This document shows, in pieces, positions 35,524 to 48,300 of a stretch of 62,046 nucleotides of DNA (the stretch's first letter is position 1; each line of letters starts with the position of its first letter). The stretch is taken from NCBI GenBank assembly GCA_000708835.1, contig DF237482.1, forward strand, positions 1 to 62,046, given 5' to 3'. The notes under the pieces are model-generated. The model had not been told where the DNA came from, made no database searches, and saw nothing but the letters and a program-made list of their open reading frames with translations. The stretch is from Klebsormidium nitens. Its lineage: Eukaryota > Plantae > Klebsormidiophyceae. The translations under genes were made by a program, and so were the position numbers.

Positions 35524-37003
35524 TTACTTTGTTGACATGCCTTCCGCCTTGACACTGGCCACCGGTATCAGAGCTCTGGCTACCCCGTCAATAACGACGG
35601 TGCCATCGTCCTTGCAGCAGACTGTTGAGAAGACGGCCCTGCATTACGTAGAAGGGGAGTGATAAACAAGATGCCTGCATGCTTGGCAAGAATGTCTGGT
35701 CGAATGGACGTAGAGAAGAGGATTCCAGATCTCAATCTGGCCTGTGGTCACAATCTGCGGTTCTTTCAATGCGCACTCAATAGTCAAAGCGTCAAATCTC
35801 TTATGATTAATCGGAGGGGGTGGATTGAACGATCTTCCAGTGGTTCCCAATCAGGCCCTGCCTTGTCAAGCCTTGTTGCTCTTCTGTGTTTGTACCACGG
35901 TCAGGATCCGCAAGGGAAAGGGAACCTAAGCTCACGGCCTTTATCTCGAAACTAGAGCACAATCACCTATCACGCGGTCTGCAGGGTGAGACAAAAGTCC
36001 CAGTGTCTGTGACATGACAGCGGGTGACCAGTTGATCTTTTGGAAGCTCTAAACATGGGCCGAAGAAGGGTAGAATCGAGAGTGCTTGCCTATATGTCTG
36101 ACGGAGCAACTTGGCGGAAGTACACTTGACGGTCGCTGTCACGTGTTCGTCGACGAGGAGCGGGGCTTTGAAGTTCACCTCTTGCGAAAGATATACTGCT
36201 CCGGGCTGCAAAGTTTGAATTGCATTTTGAAACATGAAAGCAGGCAAGCATGATGCGGAGGGGCCGAAGCGAAAAAGGGCAGAATCTTACAATAAGGCCC
36301 CCGTCACAAGGGCGAAGGTGCTTACTTGTCAGCAGGACGACTGGCACCTCAGAGCAGTCCTCAGAAAGGCCAATCATGATCATCTTTCTTGACCATATTC
36401 ATTTATATAAGAAACAACTCCAAGCGATGTCACCAACAGATTGTTTCAGAGAAGCTAAGACTTCTGCCATTTTGAAATACTCGTGGCGCACATGCAGAAG
36501 GTGCGAAGCTAGAGATGCTCAGGCAAATTTCACCCAAAGCAAGTCTTGACTGACTCAGATGACTGCCTTGTAAAGGGCTGACCAAGTATACGTCACATGC
36601 AGCATTCAACAATGCAGAGGGACTGGAAGGCAAGCTAGACCCAGTTGCTACTCACATACTTAGAACCGATGATGGCTGGGAAGAGCGACGCGGCCAGCAT
36701 GCCATGCACTACACAGCTCTCAAAGTTGGCCCGCCTGGCCGCACTGTCTTCAAGGTGGATGGGGTTTGAGTCCCCCGTCAACCAACCAAAATGCAGAAGA
36801 TCCTTCTTTGAGAAAACCCGCTCGAGCTCGAAACTTCTCCCTTTCAAATGCTCGGTGCTTGGCACATCCTCAGACGCGCTCTTGGCAGCGGGCTTCGCAC
36901 TTGCAAGCCGCAGCTGCAGATCTTGGTGCGACTTTACAATGCTGAAGGACGACCTGGCGACAGGGAAACGATGAGCAAGACGAAGCATGGCGCCATGGGC
37001 CAA
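35524..37003 (-). CDS. MaoC-like (hot-dog fold) 3-hydroxyacyl-ACP/CoA dehydratase, probably mitochondrial
   Basis: Exons 37003-36656, 36205-36090 (GC donor), 35638-35524. Hydratase motif TGDSNPIH..VVHGML..FPAIIG..PGAVYLSQ..F.AP; R/S/A-rich N-terminal presequence-like region. Confidence 0.9.
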
Positions 37004-37139
37004 TAATGGCCCGGCTGGAGCAGCTCGGAAAGCGAAGGGCCGCCCTTGGAAAGCGGAGCTGCGCGAAGTTTCTGCTGGAATGCAACGTCTGCACAGGTCA
37101 GCATCTCACACTTTCACAGTTCGTTAGCCGAGTGTAATA

Positions 37140-37585
37140 GTCACAGCTAGTGAGGCCCGTTTTGTGCGTTGCGTCTAGGGTTTCACTCCACAGCAGAACC
37201 CTAATCTGAGAACGGGTCTTCTTCCTCTACCTAATATATTCTTCTGCATGGTTGCGTGATCCCCATGTTGCCATTGGCGAAGCATGTAATAGAAGGAAAA
37301 TGGTCAATGGAAGGCGCAGCGGCATTTGCATAGCTTTCAATTGTGCGAGGGGCGCTCCCTCCCTCTACTGCCTGGGGCATTGGACTACGTTTGCATGAGC
37401 TTGGGCAAAAGTTTCTGCGCTTTGATCATCGGGTTTTGCAAGGGGTTTGCCAAAATTATATGCTGACAGCGTCCTGGGCCGAGGCGCTTGGCTTGAGTAT
37501 CTGTGTTTGAGCAGTGAGCACTGCTCACATTTGGAATTGATCACTTGCGTGGATCAATCTAGCCTGGGAAGGCCCAACCTCAGTC
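37140..37585. promoter_or_regulatory. Putative bidirectional promoter (MaoC / NECAP) with telo-box and site II-like motifs
   Basis: Start codons diverge 582 bp apart. TAGGGTTT at 37176-37183, AACCCTAA at 37197-37204, GGCCC/TGGGCC motifs at ~37154, ~37476 and ~37571. Confidence 0.5.
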
Positions 37586-40500
37586 ATGGCTTTTGAGGAA
37601 GATGAGGAGTCCCTTGAGCAGACGCTCCTAGTTGTCCGTGAAGTTCATGTATATAAGATCCCTCCGAGGCAGGGCAGCGGCGGCTACAAATGCGCGGAGT
37701 GGCTTGTCTCTGATCGGATATGGTCTGGAAGGATGCGCGTCATCTCCCATGGACACAAATGCGAGATACGGTGAGTCATGCGTGTCCTTTCTTGACTTGA
37801 GAGTCGGCCTCATGCATGCTCTTTGCGGACAGAGCTTGCGCTAAGTTTGTGAAATTCAGACCGCTTTCATGTTCAATTGGGGCATTGAGCAAGGAAACCC
37901 TAAGACTCACTGGAAATGTCCAGAGTCAAAGTAGTATCAGAAAGAGGCACGGCATTGAAGCAGCTGGCATACGCGCATTTGGAGTTTCTTGTCGGGTATG
38001 ATGACGATTAGGGGGCTGGATACTCTCAGCCACAAAAAGACATAGGCGGCTGGACATTTTCAGTCAGTTAAAAGTGTTTTGTAAGCTTGGTTTCTCTTTT
38101 TAGTCGTGATATGCATGACTCCCACTTAAACAACAAGATTGTACTGTATTGTAAGTTCAAGGAGTGATGCAAACAGCTGCAGTAGGCTTTCAATGGGAGG
38201 CTTCCGTTTTCAAGCTGGATTTTAATGAGGCTAAGCCGTTACAATAAGATCATCACTTGGCTGCTTCTGTATGTGCCTGCTGCCCTCATATTGTTCAAGA
38301 TAAATAAACCAGAACATACTGATTGGCACTGGGCTACTCATTGGCGTCATAACCGTTGAGTGTCAATTCATGTGTCATGCTGACTTGTTGCAAAGAGAAG
38401 CAGAAGAATGTGCAAAGGGGCCATCTGCAATGAATGTGAGGCCATTGTGACGCCTGAGAAAAGCGGAGCAGGTTTGTTAGGCTTTCAATTCAATGAGCTG
38501 GTGCCTGAGTAAGATTTTCAACAATGAAAGGGTACGTTTCAGAAGCTGCCATATCACCTTCAAATTTGATATGTCGCCACAGGTCTGCTGTAATGCTGGA
38601 TCTTCAGCAGCTTCCAGCGGAAAAAGTGGAATGAAGGAACTCCATAATTTAAGCTGAACGTGACACTCAATATGTACAGACCATGTGTTATGCAGTCTGG
38701 AGGACAACAACACGGGCGAGCTGTTTGCCGCCTGCCCCGTCCAGGCCGGCAAGCGCGAGGCGAGCGTGGAGAGCGTCACCGACAGCTCGCGCTACTTTGT
38801 GCTGCGCATCTCAGACGGCGCCGGAAAGCATGCGTTCATCGGCGTGGGGTTCAACGAGCGAAACGAGGCGTTTGACTTCAACGTTGCGCTCTCGGACCAG
38901 GAAAAGTGGACGTTGAGAGAGACGGAGAGAGCGGACGAGCCAGAGGAGGCGCCAGCTGCGTCGCCGGCAGCCAACCTGAAGCTCAAGGTGAGGCGGAAAG
39001 AGGGATAAACACAAGGCATGTAAGGCTTTCACTCAAGTCTAGTGCAGAGAGTCAACTTCACATGGGATGACCAGGCACGAGCTGGTGACGCCCTAGGTGA
39101 GCAGAACAGGTCAGAAGATTGTTCTGGGTATGACAAGTTTTGGGGCAGAATATTTGATGAGTGGAGAGAGAGAGAACCGAACGGAAGAGGAACTGACTGA
39201 GCAAACAAGGTGGCTAAATTGAGTCGTTAATCGCTTTACCCTGCGATGGGGAGATCTGTTCGCGTCAAGATTGTGGGCAGGGTCTGACCTGGTACAGCCA
39301 GCCTACGGTGTAATCATTTGCCGAAGCGTTGACGTGGATCAGACGATTCGTTTTCAAAAGCACAAAGCGAACAGAACTTTGACGCTAGCCCCATGTAAAT
39401 CTGAAGGGGTGGCCCGAAACCAAATGAAACCAGCCGTTTCCAGAGCCGTTTCTACAACTCCTGCATCTGTTGAGGTTTTCGATGACCTTCACCGTTTCTT
39501 CGTTGGTGCAACCTTTGCCTGGCTCCGAGATCATTCGTGGCCAGAATCCTTCTGAATATTGTTCTCGAAAGTACTGGGAGCTCGGCGCAAAGTAAATGCT
39601 CATATGCTATCAAACGCTCGTTTTGCGGAAAGGGGCCTCGTCTTTGCCGTCTGTTGCTTATCGTCCCTCAATCTTCAGCCTTTTCATAAGAAGCTCTCCT
39701 CTCGTGGACGACCCCAGGCGTTCACTGCAGTAACATTACGAAATGAACTGGCGCAGCCATGTGCACACCAGGAAAGTTCGGTCCACACAACTTTCAGAAA
39801 TTGGTGCACCTCTTTTCCAGGAAGGAGAGACGATACGTATCAGCGTGAAGACAAACAAGCCCGAGCGAGCGGGCATGCTCTCGTCTGCCGCCACAAGCAC
39901 GACCTCCAGCCCCCTCAAAATGCCGGCCATGAAGGCCCCCCTCGCGCCACCCCCCGGGGGGGGTCGAATTCGCGGGCCCGTCCATTCGATCCCCAGCACC
40001 CTCTCAGGCAAAATCACCCCCCCGTCGTCGAGACCGGGGTCAGCGGGGCTGACAGCAGGGTCGGGTGGCCCGCAGGCAAAGTTCACCGGCGATCCGTTTG
40101 CGGACCTGTCACAACTTGATGTAAGTTGGATTTTCGTCTCGGTGCTTCGTTGGTGTTACCCGAGTTTTTCGGCGTCGTCTGTTTTGTGGAGTTTTCAAGC
40201 GGCTTACTTAGGTCGGACCGTTTGGACTTATCCTTTTCTTTCTTTTTAGAATTCAGTATCTGGTCATCCTTTTGTCAATATGCCATCTTTGCGAACCGAC
40301 CATTCACAGAATCTGAGCAGCAGCATCACCTTCAATGCAACTACCCCTTATTGCTGCGTACTTTCGATAGCAAAAAGGCCTGGTTCAACACTCAATCACG
40401 ACCGCTGGACAACTTATCGGGTCCACTCTTTTCTTAAGTCGACCGTCACCGTTTGATCGCTCCTTCGTCTACGTGTGACCCTGTCCTTTAGTGCCAATTG

Positions 40501-40761
40501 TTTGCTTACTTGCAAGTCCGCAAAACGTCACGAAGTCAAACCCGAACCATCCGAACCACATCAACGCAACTATCCTTGACTGCCAAATGTCTCGTCATAG
40601 TCAAGGGGCCTGCTTTGGATCCTTCGCACAAAATATAAGTTTGCCGGACAGGTTCTTGGTTCCAATTCCACCATTTTGTTTCATTGCAGCTGAGTCTGCC
40701 CTCAACGAACTCCGCCCCACAACCACCACAAACCAAGCCAGCGGGGTGGGCCGCTTTCTAG
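37586..40761 (+). CDS. NECAP: Adaptin ear-binding coat-associated protein (NECAP), ~282 aa
   Basis: Exons 37586-37770, 38696-38987, 39821-40120, 40690-40761. PHear domain (VYKIPPR..GYKCAEW..IWSGR..VTDSSRYFVLRI..AFIG.GF.ER.EAFDFNVAL.D), LKEGETI, C-terminal WAAF (WxxF) motif. Confidence 0.95.
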
Positions 40762-42358
40762 GTGTTGGGCAAAGGTGACCACCGTCCGTGGATGCATGCA
40801 GCAACCCCCTTGCCAATTCTGAGGCGACGAATGCATGTGAAGCAAGTATTAACAACGGTGTGAAGCATGTAGATGCACAACTGTAGAGACGGACCTCATC
40901 ACTGCTGATTTTAGCATACCGTTTGCAACCAAGTAGTCACCGACAAGATTGATGCTCACACAGAACATCCTGTGCCGGAGGCTGACAATACATCAATGGA
41001 ACATCTCTCAGCATCCCATCGCCATTGCAAAGGCGGATCTGTCTGCCCCTCGCTCACCTGCTTATGCGGAGCTACAGCTGAACAATGGATCTCCAATCAA
41101 AAAGATCAACGGTGTAAGCCTTGCACCAAACGCACTTGTTGGAACGAGTATGTGCACCGATGGAGTCTATTCTGGGCAAGTCCCGCACAGGCGAGCTGGC
41201 GCGTCCTTGTGTAGATAATGGGTCTGCGCTTCGAGAGTCGGGTCCGATCAATTGTGCTTTGGCAACTAGGTATCTCAGAGTCATGATTTCATTTCACAAC
41301 CGACCGTTTCACCGGTACGGGTACAAGTTCCTCGTAGTTAGTTTTGTGAGCCGTAGAAGCAATCCTATGTGAATTGAAGCAAGGCTAATTAACGACGACA
41401 CAACCTAAGCTTTTTAGAGATATACTTATCATGTTCCGCATGGTAAGTTCTCACTTAGGTCAGTCTCTTATCCAAAGTCCTATATCAAAGCTAGTCTATC
41501 TAGACATTGTGGAAGCCGGCAAAAACCCCCCGAGGGTCCCGTGGCTTTTGATTTTGGGCCCGCCTCTTTCCGGTGGGGAAAAGGTACTTCCACGTGCTCT
41601 GATGTAGGACCATGGCCGGAGGAGACCCGAGGTGCCGCCTCAATCTGCAAGAGAAGAGCACGAAAACGTCATTTCCCGGCGCATATGCGTTCCGTCGGCC
41701 CGAAAGCGAGCTGCAAGCGAGATGATGCTCATGTGACACGCCATCTGTGGAAACATTCTTTCGGAGGCCTTGGGTGCAGGGCCTTGGCATGTTGCGTCCA
41801 TGTAAGACCGTGATTATATGGCCGCCCCCATATAACCACCCAGACCATTCAAAATATATCTGTTAATTGATTTCAAGTGGCGTTATTCGAATCACTTGAT
41901 GAAGGACCGTTTAGAACCACGACAACATTCGACGGCGGCGTTACGGTTGCGCCTTGGAACTTTAGATATGATTTCCGGGGGCCTCCCTAAGTTTTCGGGT
42001 AGGAGGCCTTATGCCACCCACTCGCACAAGCTCTTCGGGACAGCTGACCTGTCATGCTTCTGCTTCGAGAAGAAGTGGGGCGCTGCAAAACTGGGGCGGC
42101 GGCTCGGAGTCGCGGCTCACAAGTTCAAACGCCCAGGCTGCTCGTGTGAGTCAACAGGAAGTTTCAAAGTTAAAAGTCCAAGGGAGCACCTAATTTTGTC
42201 AGAGAAGTGACTTCTCACCTTGTGCAAAGCAAAAGCCGTTGTAAGCTGGTTGCGGATGGTCGGAAGCAGGATTCTCTGCATAGGTTGGTGCAAACATCTG
42301 CTCTGATTTCAAGTGTCGAGAGGCAGGGAATCGCATTGTAACCTGCAGACTGCCTGCC

Positions 42359-45300
42359 ATGGAGGCAGAAACATCAAAAGCACCACTGGACGAGTTGGTC
42401 TACTCTAGACAGTAAGTTGGCCATTCACTAAGGGCAACCCGGTGGATTGCTGCAACACGGTTGGAACCACACCTCCAAGAAGAGTTGTATAACGTGGTCT
42501 ATGGTTCGACTCCGTGGACCCCAACAGTTTACAGCCCACTCTCGTCTCTGGCGCCCCTTGCATTTTGTCAAAGAGGACACACGTCAGTTGGCATTGTGAA
42601 AGTTGAAACCACAGGTTGCGCTTGCACACGCTGAATCTATGATTGGCACGCGCATGATCATGAGAACGTGCCCTTGCATGTCTTATCTTGTTGCCAGATC
42701 ACACCAGGTGTGACACCAGGTGTGACACCAGGTCTATCTTGGTCAAGTCTGGGGGACTGTCGCCCCTGGATTTTGATAGATTGCGAGCAGTTTCGAAGTC
42801 GCCAAAAGTTTCTCTTTCAAAACCAGGCGTTGACGGAGCAATAAACCCTTTTATTGCATGGGGTGCCGGTCAAATATCATTTTGTTTACAGAAATTTGAC
42901 CCAATGCCGTGTGAGTTTAGTCCCTGATTATTCTTGTTTCACAGAGGCCTTGACTCTGTCTTGTTGCAGGATTCATGCACTGGGAAGGGATGCGACGCAG
43001 GCGATCGCAGTGAGCAGTGTGGTCATCATCGGCATGAAAGGAGTGGGCGCTGAGACGGGTGTGCGATCATTTCATATTTCTCTTGGAAATATCGCACATT
43101 TTGTAATGTTCTCTAACAAACTGGACTTACCAGTTGATTCTCAACCAATCACAACTACTCGTGGTTGTAATCATACATTTCTTTCGCAAGAATTTCATTG
43201 TAACATCCTTATAATATCAGAAGGAAAATAGTCATTGGTATTGTTGCCTGATGAAAGAAGGGTGTCTTTCTTTCTGTGGTTTACAAAGGGATCGGAAGGG
43301 GGGTGATCCGCCTACAAGTTGCCTGGTCTGGGTCCTGTCTTCGAAGCTTCCATGACTCTCTTGCCCATAACGAAGTTATTGTCATGGTCTTATCTGGTTG
43401 ACAACGAACGTGAGGTGCAAAGAGTACTTGTTTGAAAGCACCTGGAAACCTCCTTTTGAGATTCTTCGGTCTTCTGATGCCATGCTCGGGGGCCCTTTGG
43501 TCATTTTGTAAGTTTGCTAATATGTGAGATTGCTACGTGTTGATACTGGCTGTCGGCTGTTTGTTTGCAGCTAAGAACGTTATCCTTGCTGGCGTCAAGC
43601 AACTTACGCTGATCGATGGTGGGGTGGTGGGGCCCAGTGACCTCTCCTCTCAGGTGAGGAGGCTCTGAAACTTCGATCCCAGCAACATATAGCAAAGAAC
43701 TTACACACAATTTTCTTGCTGTGCTTGTACAGAAGAGTTCGTACTCAATGGCTCTTTCCATTGCTAAGTTTGCTTCTCAACTTTACGCAGAAGTTTTCCA
43801 AGCTCTTAGAACACCTTTTGAAGTCGTTCGCTCCTCATAGGGAGCCACACTGCGCCTATAGGATCAATATCTGCCAATGTAGAATAATCGCAGGCAGTCA
43901 TGACACCAAATTGTCCTGACAATCTCGCACAAGTCCACAATCCCTAGGCCCGTTTCAAAGGACCCGAATCTCACAAAGCAGTTACCGGTGAGAGTCAAAC
44001 TTGTTTTTGTCTGTTACTGAAACACCTTCGTCCGTTTGCCAGTTTCTTCTGCGAGAAGGAGATGTGGGCCTTGGCCGAGCGGCGGTCAGCGCAACTAGGC
44101 TTGGAGAGCTGAATGAGAGTGCGCACGTGCAAGCGGTCCAGGGGCCACTCACTGCAGAACTGCTGAAGAGCACTGAAGTAGGGACGATGCGGGCCTTCTT
44201 ATATCTTCCGGCTCCTCACTTACAGGATACCGAGATCAGGGTACTTGTAGGAAGCTGTTCGGTTTCGAAAATTCTTGCTTTCCAAGTGTATGTTAAGGCA
44301 AAAAGAGTCCTTGTCGGGTCCTTCAGATGGTAGCTTTGCTTGGCCGAGAGCGATTATTGAGATAAGAATCAACGTTTCATGTGGCAGGGTGGGTGCTTTT
44401 GAGGCTGGGTATTCTCTTAGAGCGCCTGCAGTGCGCACCCTTCCTTGTACTGCGGACTCGAACACTGACAGCAGATGACTTTTTGTCTTGACAGCCAAAG
44501 CATGGAGCGCAGGTGGTGATTGCTACTCAGGGAAGCTGGGACGAGTTGGCCGCGCTGAACTCACTGTGCCGCTCTAATGGCACACATTTCATCGCTGCGG
44601 TAAGCCTTTGCTACCATATTCAATAGATGCTCAACAACATCCTGGTCAAGACATCCGCAAATGGTGGTCAATTATCCTGTAAGCGCTTTCCGGCTGCAGC
44701 TGAGCTACTGCCTCTATTACTCCACCTTGGTCATATAGCTGTCCCTAACTTATATCGTTCCCCATTACTCCACCGCAGAAGCGCTCCGAACAGTGTTTCC
44801 AACTCCAACCACACACGAGCGGCTACGAACTGATCTAGATCTTTTAGAAGGGTCTGACAGATGTAGACCAGACGTTCCAGGAAATCTACAGCAGGCTAGA
44901 GTACTCAAAAAAAAAGATTCCCATCCGTTTCCCCCCGTCGATCTCAGGGCATCCACGGCCTCGCTGCTTTCGTCTTCGTCGACCTCGGGGAGAGCTTCGA
45001 AGTCAAGGACGCCACTGGTGAACCTTCGCCGACCGTCATGATAGAAAGCGTCACCCAGGTCAGCAGCCTTTGGCAAACTCAGATGTTATCTTTATCGTCG
45101 GAGCTCTATCCATAGACGCTTCCACATACTGCTTGGGTTATGCAAGCCCGTGCTCACAACTGGTCGATTCATTCTCTTGTGCGGAACGACCAGGAGGCAT
45201 AGCAGGCGGCGCTCGGGTTTTCAATGGGGTGGCAGTGGTTGACCGGTCAGAAGGGAGTACAACCAATAACCGCCTTCCTAAAGGACCTTTCCCATGGCAA

Positions 45301-48300
45301 ATGATTTGATGGTAGTATGACTCCCTGCTTGAGTCCTGATCGTCTCCGTTGCACCAGATTGCGATTGTGCTGGGGGCCCTTATAAAAGGTTCGTAGGGCA
45401 GAGATGGCGCTCTTAGGGTTCCTTTCATTGACACGCGGGTACGTCAACTGATCACAGGATCTTCCGGCGACTGTGACGGTCGTAGAGGAGCAGCGGCATG
45501 CTTTCGAGGACGGGGACTTTGCCAGCTTTTCCGGAATCAGGGGGATGACGCAGCTCAACGACGGACCCCCCCGGAGAGTGAGCGTCACGGGCAGCCACTC
45601 GTTCACTATCCCGGACGATACCCGCGAGTATGGGCGATACGTTTCAGGGGGGTACATCAGACGGGTAAGAGCTGTAAACAATTTCAACTGCCGTCTTGTC
45701 TTTCGTGGAACTTTACAAATCTGCCCTGCTCATCATAGAAGTTGAGTTTATAGGACACAGCGAGGCAGGAAGAAGTCGTTCCTCTGACCGATGGCAATGC
45801 TTCGCTCCAAAACAGGTCGGTCGGAAGTCACGTTTTGCTCCTTTCTTGGGTCACCAAGCTTCATCTTGAGTCCATTGTAGGGATGAGCTGGAGATCGCCT
45901 GTTGCACCGTGCAACGTGAAGAAGCCGTCTCTCTTTCGCCAGGATAACGGGCCTCACGAAGGATCTGGTATGTCACCTGTAGTAATTCAGCTCCACTGTC
46001 CTCATCACGGACATACGGTGATTGGCTTTGATTGCATAATCGCTTTGCACTGTTTTTGCAGTTACGACCCTCGAAGTTCCTCCACTTCAAGCCGTTAAAG
46101 GTGTCGATTGAGGCTCCAACCTTTGTCGAAAGGTGAGAACAACGTCTCCTTCAAAGTTGTATGGGCCACCAAACAGGATATTCGAGCAACTAAAGGGTGC
46201 AAAGGAAAAGTCCGAAAAGAAGCGCCTGCGCGATTGCATCTGGATTGATGCTTCTCCTAAACATTTGGGAACTTTCGTGTGGGTTGCACAACAGGGACTT
46301 CATGAAGCAACCGAAGAAGGTGCGGAAATATCAAGACCGTTGGGGCACGCAGAGCACCACGAGGCTTTGCTTCCCAAACAGCGCGCTTTGTATCTTTGCA
46401 AGCGCACAGAAGTCGCAAACGATCTGTGGCATCATGTCTTTATTCGTCGTGAGGCCGCTCTTATCATGAGGTTTCCAGATACCCTTTTCATGATGGGATA
46501 TTGAGAGTCTCATGGAGACCTTTTTAGCGCAAGTTCACTCTGCCCGAGGATTATCGGCACTGTGAGGTGTAACGAGCATCAATTGTCAAAACTTTGAGTC
46601 GCGGCTCCTCACCTGATTACAAAATGTGGAAATGTCGTGTTTTTCCTCATTTGCAGCGATCCAAGCAAGGTGACCCGCCCGGAGCTTCTGCACGCAGCAT
46701 TCCGCACGTTTCAGTCCGTCCAAGATGGATCTGGAAACGACTTGGCGCTCCCCCTATCTAGTGTGAGTTCGCCAATCCAGCGCCTCTCGAGAATAGTCTG
46801 GACCACCCTCCTATTTGAGAGCGTCCCAGAGTGTAACAAGCGCTCAAGAAATCATTACAACCATTCAAGAACGTTAGGTTTCAGGGGATTCAAAGGGTAT
46901 TCAGTCACTCTCAGTCCAGTCTGTTTCTACTTAGACGCCCTTTCACAACATGTTTGCTCATCAGTCGTCTGACAACGAGAGAGCTCTTGCTTTCTCTAAG
47001 AAAGCTCTCTGACGACCGGACACCTGTCTTGCAGGACCTGCTAGAGGACATTCACAATTCTGCGCAGTCTCTGCTCGACCGCCAGGCGTCGTCCAATCTC
47101 GCGACGTCCTCCGCGCCCCTTCGAACCGCCCGATCCGACCCCTCCTCCAAAACCCTGGCCCTTCTGCAGACTCTAGCCGCGTCTTGGGGCCAAGAACTTG
47201 CGCCGATGGCGGCGATAGTCGGAGGGATCGTGGCGCAAGAAGTCCTGAAAGCGGTGTCAGGGGTTATGACGCCAATTCAGCAGTGGCAATATCTGGACGC
47301 GTTCGAAGCGGCGCCGGATGACGTGGCGGCAGGCATGGAGGCCCCCGTGGAGGCGCGGTATGCGGCCCAGATTGGCGTGTTCGGGCAGCAAGTGCAGGTG
47401 AGCGGCGATTGTCGTCTATTTTATGGTTGACTCCATTCTTGGGCAGGGACCATGTGGTGGTTTTGATGGGATGTCAATCTGTTGCAAGCTGGCCGGGCAT
47501 GGGCCCCCGTTGAGCCGTGGAAAGCGGCGCAGATTGGCGTGTCCGGGCAGAAAGTGCAGGTGAGTAGCCTAGGTTCCATCTACTTTACTTTGAACTTGAA
47601 TTTTGGGCCGTTGAACCGCAGGATTTATATGCTGGATTCGACGAAGTCCTCGTTCTGCTGCGGTCTGGTTGAGGATTAGGCGTAATGTCAAAACTCTGAA
47701 AAGAATCGCACCACATGCATTGCAGACTGGCGCTGCAGCTCACTGTCCTTGCATTTACGACCCCGAGGTAGTCCCCTAAAGAGACAGGTTATTGCCAGGC
47801 TTCTGGCGCATGCGTTCATATCCAAGCAAGAGGCAGCCGGTTAGGTATCTCACAATCAGAAGTTTACTCTCAGCCAAGCTACCTTATAGCCTGGACTCGA
47901 AGCTGGGTATCACAATCTGCGGAAGATTCATTTGGGGTCGGCTGGTTGCAACTCCTCTTGGCTGAGAATTCTAGTGACCAGCTCTTTGCCTGCGCACTTG
48001 GAAGGTCGCACTTCGTATCTGCTCTCAGTCACATGGCCGTTTCTCGTAACGCCCCGACCCCCCACATCGCCACAAACTGCTCTCGCGAACTCTGCATCAA
48101 TGCTTACTCACCTCTCCGCCTGCAGGACGCCTTATCTGAGTTACGGTACCTGGTGGCCGGAGCCGGGGGCATCGGCTGCGAGCTGCTGAAGAACTTTGCG
48201 CTCATGGGGGTCGGCACGGGGAACGGCGGGAGAGTTACCGTCGCCGATGCGGACATCGTCGAACTTCCGAACCTCCCCGGGCAGTCGCTGTTCCGGAAAA

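Noticed and set aside
41500-41830. GC-rich, structured-looking segment (ctgatgt..cgaaaacgtc) suggesting a hammerhead ribozyme, snoRNA or RNase MRP
   Set aside because: Core consensus motifs (CUGAUGA/GAAA with flanking stems, box C/D pair, MRP P4) are not properly present.
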